NCBI GenBank assembly: GCA_937922805.1
Contig: CALAJV010000013.1
Location: 8,879-72,878 of the forward strand
Direction of reading: 5' to 3'
DNA: 64,000 nucleotides
Origin: an uncultured Acidimicrobiales bacterium
Lineage (GTDB): Bacteria > Actinomycetota > Acidimicrobiia > Acidimicrobiales > SZUA-35
The position numbers were made by a program, and so were the translations under genes. The stretch's first letter is position 1, and each line of letters opens with the position of its first letter. Below are positions 19,865-27,475 of the stretch, one piece after another. The notes under the pieces are model-generated. The model was not told the origin of the DNA and ran no database searches. It saw nothing but the letters and a program-made list of their open reading frames with translations.

Positions 19865-21100
19865 ATGGGCCGTATCCAGCGCAGATCAGCCGCCCTAGTA
19901 GCAGCATTTTTGGGGGTGATTTGTGGGCTCACTTTGGCTTCATGTGGCAACCGGTCGGCGGCCCCTAGTGAAGAAACTCACCAGACCTCTGGTTCCGTGT
20001 CGCTAACTGAGACCACCGCTTCTCTTACGACCGAGACTCGACCCGAGCAAGACGTTGAACCTGAGTCAGTACCGGTCGCAGAAACCGACCCGAACGTGTT
20101 GGCCGAGTTTGTCAGCCAGCACAACGGAAACTACTCGTTGGACGACCGCGGGGATGTGGCGGTGAAGGTTCTTGAGCCTGGTCAACGCAAGGGCGCTATT
20201 CCGGCCGAGCTGTTCGTCGTGCCGACAACGTTGGCACTGTTCAAGATTTTGGGACTGGTCGACGTTGACGCCGACGGCGATTTGATTGCCCAGCATCGGG
20301 TCGACTCGATTCGAGGCGCTTGCTGCCCTGTGGCGGTATGGGAGAACGACGACGATCCGCTGTTGAGAAGTGTCGTAGTTGTTCACGAACTGACTCACCT
20401 TGCCGACATCGGTCGGGGTAACCTCTACCAGTTACTCGACGAAGATCTCGATGTGTTAGCGCAAGAACAGGTCAGCCTCGTCGCTGTTCCTGTCGAGGGC
20501 AATGCCAGCCGGGTTCACACGCTTTACCAAGACGAACTGGTAGCTGCCGGCGCCGACCCAAACCTGTTCCAAATTGGCTGGACCGACCCGGCCGTTCCTG
20601 AGGCCGTGGCCCGAGTGTGGCAGTTCGCCTATGTCGATGGACAGATATTCATGCAAGCGCTGTTCGACCGAGGCGGCTACGAATACCTCAATCTCGCATT
20701 CGAGCGGCCGCCGACTTCGTCCGAACAGGTCTATGACATTGATGCGTACCTGGCCGAAGAGTTGCCTCTGACAATTGACCCGCCTGACACACCATCAGGA
20801 GCAAAACCGGCGAATGACAAGGTAACGCTTGGGGCGTTCGTCCTCAAACTACTGGCCGAGAGATCGCTTTCAGACCAACAGGCCCAGAACCTCGCTACCG
20901 CCTGGGCCGGCGACGCCACTATCTTGTACAAGTTCAATAACCAGTCGTGCGTTAGTTCGTCGATTGTGATGGACAGCAAAGGCGACGCAGCCAGCTTGGT
21001 CGACGTTCTCACTCAAATTTCAGATGATGTGGTCGTTGACTACGACGACCTTGAGACGGTCGACTTCACTCGCTGCATACCTTCGATCGAGCCCGATTAG
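19865..21100 (+). CDS. Lipoprotein with zincin metallopeptidase motif
   Basis: Lipobox LASC; VVVHELTHLAD (HExxH) plus downstream EGNA; PPTSSEQV; AWAGD. Confidence 0.75.
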   Translation: MGRIQRRSAALVAAFLGVICGLTLASCGNRSAAPSEETHQTSGSVSLTETTASLTTETRPEQDVEPESVPVAETDPNVLAEFVSQHNGNYSLDDRGDVAVKVLEPGQRKGAIPAELFVVPTTLALFKILGLVDVDADGDLIAQHRVDSIRGACCPVAVWENDDDPLLRSVVVVHELTHLADIGRGNLYQLLDEDLDVLAQEQVSLVAVPVEGNASRVHTLYQDELVAAGADPNLFQIGWTDPAVPEAVARVWQFAYVDGQIFMQALFDRGGYEYLNLAFERPPTSSEQVYDIDAYLAEELPLTIDPPDTPSGAKPANDKVTLGAFVLKLLAERSLSDQQAQNLATAWAGDATILYKFNNQSCVSSSIVMDSKGDAASLVDVLTQISDDVVVDYDDLETVDFTRCIPSIEPD

Positions 21101-21115
21101 TCAGCGAAGACTGGC

Positions 21116-21496
21116 CTACACGCCGCTTGGGCCAGCCTCAACTTCGACTTCGAACTCAAGTAACGTCGCCCCCATGCTGACCGGGGGCGGTCCGGGGGAC
21201 TCGTCGCCTGCCTCACCCTCACCTGTGTTTCCGGTTGCACGTTCGCCGTCGCCCCCGGGGCGGGCGTGGGCGGCTCGGGCCCCGTCACCATCTCGCCACT
21301 CGTCGTACGATTCTTGATCAGACCATCGGGTGTATACAAACCAGCGAGTTTCTGTCTCAGCAGTTGGGCGTAGCAATTCGAATCCGAGAAACCCTTTGAC
21401 GTCGCTCAAACTACTCATTCGATCAGAGAACCGCTTAACGATCTCATCACCAGCGTTAGGTGGAATTTCAAGTGCATTTATTTTGACAACAGCCAT
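21116..21496 (-). CDS. mhuD: MhuD/IsdG-type heme-degrading monooxygenase (ABM family)
   Basis: MAVVKINALEIP..GFLGFELLRP..AAHA..GATLLEFEV closely follows the mycobacterial MhuD pattern, including the N-terminal Asn and heme-ligand His. Confidence 0.8.
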   Translation of the reverse strand: MAVVKINALEIPPNAGDEIVKRFSDRMSSLSDVKGFLGFELLRPTAETETRWFVYTRWSDQESYDEWRDGDGARAAHARPGGDGERATGNTGEGEAGDESPGPPPVSMGATLLEFEVEVEAGPSGV

Positions 21497-21665
21497 GCGC
21501 CAATAATCTCACAGCAACCAGGTCAAAAGATCAATCAAGCCACAATGAATCGCCGGCCGAATCGGGCCTCGAACCTGTGCTGACATCCGAACCCTGCCCG
21601 GACTACAATTTGAGCCGAAGGAATGCCGCCCCACCAGCACTTTTTGCCGACTCGAAGGTACCTAC

Positions 21666-22373
21666 ATGGCAGCCAACAAAGCTACGTCATCAAAATCTGA
21701 TCACGAGTTTCAAGGCTTTCCGGCCGAGGGTTTGAAGTTTCTCAAGACCTTGGGCAAGAAAGACAAGACCTGGTTTGACGCCAACCGAGACACGTACAAA
21801 AACACTGTGGTTGCGCCAACCAAAGCGTTTGTCGTCACGCTCGGAGAAATGATTGCCGAAGAGTTCGCGCCAAACATCGTGGCCGAGCCGAAAACGAACG
21901 GCTCGATTGCCCCAATCAACAACGATCTTCGATTCTCACCAGATAAGAGCCCATACAAAGATCACATCACGACCAAGTTTTGGGAAGGGGACAAGAAAGC
22001 GGGACCGCTCCTCTACGTTCGGTTCAACGGTGAGCAAGTTGGCTTCTCCACCTGGGCCTCGATCACCCCAGCCGACGTGTTCAGGCAACGACTCGACGAC
22101 GACAAGTCGGGGCAGCAGTTTTCCCGCATTCTGGAAAAGTTGGGCAACCAGCACCAAATCGATACCGGCGAAGAAGGCGCCTTAAAGAAGGTTCCTAAGC
22201 CATACGATCCAGACCACCCGAGAGCCGACTATCTTCGTCGGAGAGGGTTCTTGTTCGCCCGGTGGTTAGAGCCAACGCCGAAGAGCATCAGCAGCCCAAA
22301 ATTCGTCGACTATTGCCTCGATCGGCTTAGCGACTGCGCCGACCTTCACCGCTGGACGGTCGACAACTTATAG
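21666..22373 (+). CDS. DUF2461 family protein
   Basis: WFDANRDTY, INNDLRFSPDKSPYK, LKKVPKPYDPDHPRADYLR. Confidence 0.88.
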   Translation: MAANKATSSKSDHEFQGFPAEGLKFLKTLGKKDKTWFDANRDTYKNTVVAPTKAFVVTLGEMIAEEFAPNIVAEPKTNGSIAPINNDLRFSPDKSPYKDHITTKFWEGDKKAGPLLYVRFNGEQVGFSTWASITPADVFRQRLDDDKSGQQFSRILEKLGNQHQIDTGEEGALKKVPKPYDPDHPRADYLRRRGFLFARWLEPTPKSISSPKFVDYCLDRLSDCADLHRWTVDNL

Positions 22374-22424
22374 CGTGTGCTCTGCTTAGGCCGTGCATAT
22401 AGCCCAAGCAGAGCACACAGTTCT

Positions 22425-25160
22425 TTAGGGAGCAGTTACGTCTCGAATGACGTAGGTGCTGAGCGGACCATTTGGAACTCCCCAGTCGCTGGTGAACGCC
22501 ACCATTGTTCCGTCGGGAGAAATAGTCGGTTTCTGACGATCATCATTTCCACCGGCTGATGCGGCAGGAGCGGCGCTGTGATGATCCCATCCGATTAGCT
22601 TGATCGATGCGGTTGAGGTGTTCCCATCAACTGAATACAACCCCAGCGGGTGATTGGGTGAGCCCGGGCCAGATTCGCCTCCGAAGGCAACCCAGCCAGG
22701 CACATTAGTCCCTCGACCGGAGATGTAATCAGGGGTGAACCGTTCCCCGGCGCCGACTGCTGGATCAGCTCCACCGAACACCGGACTGATGTAGTTCTTC
22801 GACGGATCATCGTAGTTAGTAACTTGAACCGAACCGTTACCTCGAGTTGTTACTTGCACGCTTTCGCCAACGCTGTTGTATGCGGTGTCGCTATGACCGC
22901 CCTCGGCGTCGACTGCGGTCAGGCCAGTTAGGTCAGCGGCTGCCCGGTAGATTGTTCGGGCACCGGTTCCGGGCAAGATAGTTACCCACTTCCCGCTCCA
23001 ATCGAACGTGAGGTAGCCGCCGCCCTGGTTGAGGTCACCGTGAGGGAACACAAGCTCGCCCAACACTCGATCGTTGGCAATGTCATACGATATAAGCGTG
23101 TTGGTTGCCGCCTCATACAGGAGCACTTTTGAGTCGTCTCCAGGAAGGTTGCCTTTAGAGCGGAACGCAAGTTTCGATCCGGGCCGGGTGTAAAGCGGTG
23201 TCGTGACCCCGGTGTCGACATTGAACGAAACGAAGCTTTCGCCAGGAGACAAGATGCCGTAAATGAGGCTGGGGTTTGTGTTGCTCCATACTCGATCAGA
23301 GTTCAAAGGGATCCGAGTTGGAAGCAGTTCATAGTTGTTGGTTGCGTCGAGAATGCGGTTGGCGTCGACACCGCCGTTGCCGATCATCATTTTGGTTGAG
23401 TCAGCGTTCCAAGCCTGACGACTGTTGTAGTAGTGGAGTCCGTTGCCCGATGCGTCGCTAACCCGCATAATTTCGGTTCCGGCCACATCGCCTGGCTCCC
23501 AAACCCCTAGCGCTGGCTTTGCACGGCCGGCTACCAGCGACCCGCTCGACCATGAAGCTGAGTTCGTTGTTGCAACCGATGGAAATGGTGTTCCAGTTGG
23601 ATTCGTACCCGACGCTACGGTTACTACCGTTTCAGGCAAGGCGGCCGGACCGGCGCCATAAGAGGAGTTCCGGACGACAAGAACGGCAGCCAATTCCTGT
23701 TGCTGCTCAGGAGTTAACGCATCGATTTCTTTCTGCCATGCTTCCTTCTGATCGTCTGGAACCTGCGCTAGAGCATTAGCCAGAATCGCGTCTCGTTGCT
23801 CAGCCGTCAGCGATTGTCGGGCGGCCTCGATCAGTTGCTCAGTAGACGGTTTCAACGCTTCGGAAACTTCGGGGTTTTCAGCTTGGGCCGAGTAGCTATC
23901 CACGATGTCTCGTGCCAAACGTTGTTGCTGGTCGGGAGTTAGGTCAGCAATTTGGGTGGCGAAGGACTCTTTTTGATCCTCAGGTACTTGGAGCAAAGCC
24001 CAAGCGAAGATTTGTTGTAATTGAGCCTCAGTGAGCTCTGGCTCAGCGGCTGCCGTTGCTGCGGTAGCGCTCGTTGCCCCCGCCGGGGTGTTGGCGCTAT
24101 TAGCTCCGACTGATCGCTTGATCAGTTCGCCTGCAAGTTCTTTTCGCTGCTCGGGGATTAGTTGACCAACTGCTTCGACGAAATCTGGCCGTTCGGCTTC
24201 GGGAAGCTGCTGCAAGGTTAGGGCAAACACTTGCTGCACTTGCTCCTCCGACAAGTTCGTTACATCGACGCCTGAGCCAGAAGCAGCATCTGGAGCTGGA
24301 GATGGGGTAGCTGGAGATGCGGTAGCTGGAGCTGGAGTGGCCGCCTTCTTCGGAGCTTCAGCCGACGCAGCGGGAGCGGAAGCAGCAGCTTGCTTTTGAC
24401 GTTCGTAGAGAGAGATCGCTAGCGACTCTCGTTCCTTCGGTGTGAGCTTCTCAAGGTCGGCCAAGAATTTCTCTCGTTGCTCGACCGACAGTTTCTCTAG
24501 AACAGCAACAAACACTTCCTTTTGCTGATCTACGTTCAGTGTGGCTGTACTCGTCTGCTGCTTCGCTTCAGATTTCGCCGGAGCGGAAGTTTGGACAGCC
24601 TGTTCAGATTTAGCGGGTGCGTCTGATTTGGCTGGAGCTTCCGCCGACGCGGCAGACTGTGCACGCTGTTGTTCCAGGATTGAAAGTGCCAACCGTTCTC
24701 GTTCTTCAGCCGACAGCTGCTGGAGCTGCGTTATGAAGCTTTGTTGTTGCTCCGCCGACAGGTTTTGGAGAACGCTAGCGAAGATCTGTTGTTGCTGTTC
24801 GGCAGACAACTTCGGCGCTGCCGGCTGCGAGGCTGCCGGTTGACTCTTAGCTGTCGATGACGACCCACTTGACGACGATTGGCTTGTGGCCGACTTCGAG
24901 TTCTTATTTCCGGGGCTGCTATGGCCAATTTGTTGGCTTGAGCATACCCATTTCCCACCGAGTGGGTCGCAGTCAATCCGGGGTTGGGAGCATCTGTTGG
25001 CGTATGCTTGGCGGGCTGAACCTAATGAGTTGCCACTCGCCTCGCATCGACCAGAGCCCTCACTGACCGACGAATTGAAGATGAGGAATGCCAACACCAG
25101 CGCGGCTATACACCCGATGGCCACCGGCACATCTCGACGTCCGCGAATCGCAAAATTCAT
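22425..25160 (-). CDS. Large secreted modular protein: Cys-rich N-domain, five helical repeats, C-terminal beta-propeller
   Basis: Signal/TM segment; CEASG..CSQPRIDCDP..WVCSS; five ~48-aa repeats; YNSRQAWNADS and PTISPDGTMVAFTSDW propeller motifs. ATG 25160 chosen for its RBS (track start 25175). Confidence 0.8.
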   Translation of the reverse strand: MNFAIRGRRDVPVAIGCIAALVLAFLIFNSSVSEGSGRCEASGNSLGSARQAYANRCSQPRIDCDPLGGKWVCSSQQIGHSSPGNKNSKSATSQSSSSGSSSTAKSQPAASQPAAPKLSAEQQQQIFASVLQNLSAEQQQSFITQLQQLSAEERERLALSILEQQRAQSAASAEAPAKSDAPAKSEQAVQTSAPAKSEAKQQTSTATLNVDQQKEVFVAVLEKLSVEQREKFLADLEKLTPKERESLAISLYERQKQAAASAPAASAEAPKKAATPAPATASPATPSPAPDAASGSGVDVTNLSEEQVQQVFALTLQQLPEAERPDFVEAVGQLIPEQRKELAGELIKRSVGANSANTPAGATSATAATAAAEPELTEAQLQQIFAWALLQVPEDQKESFATQIADLTPDQQQRLARDIVDSYSAQAENPEVSEALKPSTEQLIEAARQSLTAEQRDAILANALAQVPDDQKEAWQKEIDALTPEQQQELAAVLVVRNSSYGAGPAALPETVVTVASGTNPTGTPFPSVATTNSASWSSGSLVAGRAKPALGVWEPGDVAGTEIMRVSDASGNGLHYYNSRQAWNADSTKMMIGNGGVDANRILDATNNYELLPTRIPLNSDRVWSNTNPSLIYGILSPGESFVSFNVDTGVTTPLYTRPGSKLAFRSKGNLPGDDSKVLLYEAATNTLISYDIANDRVLGELVFPHGDLNQGGGYLTFDWSGKWVTILPGTGARTIYRAAADLTGLTAVDAEGGHSDTAYNSVGESVQVTTRGNGSVQVTNYDDPSKNYISPVFGGADPAVGAGERFTPDYISGRGTNVPGWVAFGGESGPGSPNHPLGLYSVDGNTSTASIKLIGWDHHSAAPAASAGGNDDRQKPTISPDGTMVAFTSDWGVPNGPLSTYVIRDVTAP

Positions 25161-25495
25161 GACTTCTCTTCCCACCTAAGAATACGAACAGCGAAAAATC
25201 CTGAACGACTTCAAAGTCCCACCGATTTCCCACCAGCCGCAGTACAGCGACTACCACTAATGGTACTTGATCAGGTCACTAGTTGTCTACGCAGCGTCTC
25301 GACGAGAGCCTTTTTCGGCCACTTTCGAGCGATTTTGTGACACACCCGTCAAATACGGACGCTAGCGGATTCGATTGCAGAAACCCCTAAGCCTGCCACT
25401 ATGGGCAGGTACACAAATTTTGGGGCTGGCCCTTGGTCTATCCAACCGCGCACTCAGAGCTAGTTTGTGGTTCACGAGCCACTACTATCGGGGCT

Positions 25496-26209
25496 ATGAA
25501 GTCGGCGAATCTACCAACAACGCTTCTCTTCCTGACCCGGATCAAGCCATCCAATGCACTGCGTTGGCGAAGGCCAGCCAGACCGGCAGGAGCGCCTGCG
25601 AGAATCTCGGGCCTGGCCGCGCTTATTGCGGTCACGATCGTGGCAGCCGGATGCAGCAGCGGGAGCAGCGAACAGATAGCGGTTAACGGAACCGAAAGCC
25701 CCATCTCGGTGAACGTCATCGAAGAAGTGGAAAATGCTCTAGGGATCGATCGAGCCGAGATTGATTTCAGTAACCCGATTATTTTGGAACCTTCTACGTG
25801 TTTGCTTCATGGAGCGTGGCCGAGTCAAGCCCTCAACGCTCAAGCTCGCTACTTCGCTCAGATCCCCGGTCAGCCGGTTATCCAAGGACCAGCCGAAGGG
25901 GCACCCCAAGCGGTTCTACAAGCCTGCTTTGATGAGGCTGGCATCTCACCATCGGCTGATAGCGTCGCCACTGCCGTGCTCCGGCTCGATGCAACTCAAA
26001 CCAGACTGCAGCCGTTGACCCCGAACATGGCAACATTCCTCGAACCTTATGGTGTGCCGTACCACGAACCGAAGACGGTCGAAAACGGAGACACCTCAGT
26101 CACAACGTTCTTTGCTAACGACTTCGAGGTGGTCGGGGTACTTCAAGTAACGGTGACGAGGGCCAGCGATGGAAGCCTAACAATCGACTACAACGAGCTT
26201 GCCAGCTAG
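25496..26209 (+). CDS. Hypothetical lipoprotein
   Basis: Lipobox VAAGC. TACTAT 7 nt before ATG 25496 favours this start over 25433. Confidence 0.65.
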   Translation: MKSANLPTTLLFLTRIKPSNALRWRRPARPAGAPARISGLAALIAVTIVAAGCSSGSSEQIAVNGTESPISVNVIEEVENALGIDRAEIDFSNPIILEPSTCLLHGAWPSQALNAQARYFAQIPGQPVIQGPAEGAPQAVLQACFDEAGISPSADSVATAVLRLDATQTRLQPLTPNMATFLEPYGVPYHEPKTVENGDTSVTTFFANDFEVVGVLQVTVTRASDGSLTIDYNELAS

Positions 26210-26254
26210 CGGCGTGGCTTCGACCTCGACATCCCTCAGACTTCTCTCTCAACT

Positions 26255-27313
26255 ATGACTTTTTCACTTACTCTCGCTGCGGTTGATGTCCATGCCGAAG
26301 GTGAACCAGGTCGGGTAATTACTGACGGCATCCCGGATCTGCCCGGCGAAACGATGCTGGCCAAAATGCGGTGGATGGAAGCGAACGCCGACCATATTCG
26401 CCAACTCATGCTCAGAGAACCGCGCGGCTACCCGGGGTTATGCTGCAACGTACTTGTCCCGCCGACACAGGCCCAAGCCGATATCGGTTTCATAATTATG
26501 GAGCAGACCGAATACGCGCCGATGTCGGGCAGCAACCTGATCTGTGTGGTCACCGCCGTGCTTGAAACCGGGATTGTTCCCATGGTTGAACCGATTACTG
26601 AGCTCACGGCTGAAACCCCAGCCGGACTCATCAAGGTGCGTGCTAGCTGTGCCGGGGGCAAGGTAACAAACGTTCGCTTTCAAAACGTGCCGTCGTTCGC
26701 CTTGCATCTGGACGCCGAAATCGACGTTCCTCAACTTGGACCAGTCCGGGTAGACATAGCGTGGGGCGGAATGTTTTTCGTAATCGCTGATGCCGACGAA
26801 CTGGGCATCGATGTCGACGGTGCAAATGGGAGCGAAATCGCACGCGTTAGCGAAATAATCCGAACAGCGACCGTCGATCAGCTTGAAGTCGTCCATCCGA
26901 TCCACCCAGAGCTGACCGGTCCCAGCATTTCGCAGTTGACTAGCACGCTAGTTACCGCGACCGGAGCCGACCGGAAAAATGCGGTCACCCTGTCAACTGG
27001 TCCGCTTGACTGGAACAACCCCGACACGTGGACCGGTGCACTCGATCGGTGCCCGTGCGGGACGGGCACGTCTGCTCAAATGGCGGTCTTGCATGCTCGC
27101 GGTCAACTATCAGTCGGTGATTCCTTCACCCATGAAGGGCCGCTAGGAACAACCTTCGCTGCGACGATTCTGTCTGAAACTACGGTCGGACCGTACAACG
27201 CGATCGTTCCTGAGCTTGAAGGACAGGGGTGGATAACGGGAACCGGTCAGTACCTGCTTGACAGCTCCGACCCTTTTCCAACCGGATTTACCGTCGGCGA
27301 CATTTGGCCCTAG
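26255..27313 (+). CDS. Proline racemase superfamily protein (Ser/Cys dyad)
   Basis: DVHAEGEPGR, LREPRG, MSGSN in place of MCGH, DIAWGG, DRCPCGTGTSA. Confidence 0.92.
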   Translation: MTFSLTLAAVDVHAEGEPGRVITDGIPDLPGETMLAKMRWMEANADHIRQLMLREPRGYPGLCCNVLVPPTQAQADIGFIIMEQTEYAPMSGSNLICVVTAVLETGIVPMVEPITELTAETPAGLIKVRASCAGGKVTNVRFQNVPSFALHLDAEIDVPQLGPVRVDIAWGGMFFVIADADELGIDVDGANGSEIARVSEIIRTATVDQLEVVHPIHPELTGPSISQLTSTLVTATGADRKNAVTLSTGPLDWNNPDTWTGALDRCPCGTGTSAQMAVLHARGQLSVGDSFTHEGPLGTTFAATILSETTVGPYNAIVPELEGQGWITGTGQYLLDSSDPFPTGFTVGDIWP

Positions 27314-27475
27314 CAGGGCGATCCAGCGGTTTTGCCGTCGCCTGTAATAGTTCGACAAGGCTTCAATTAGCAAGATCTGACTAGCGACTAGAAAACGGCT
27401 TTGCTAGTGTCTCATGCCAAGGGAAGTGTGGCCCGAACGATTCTGCTCGTTCGTAGTCCTTAGGTGGGGAATTCA

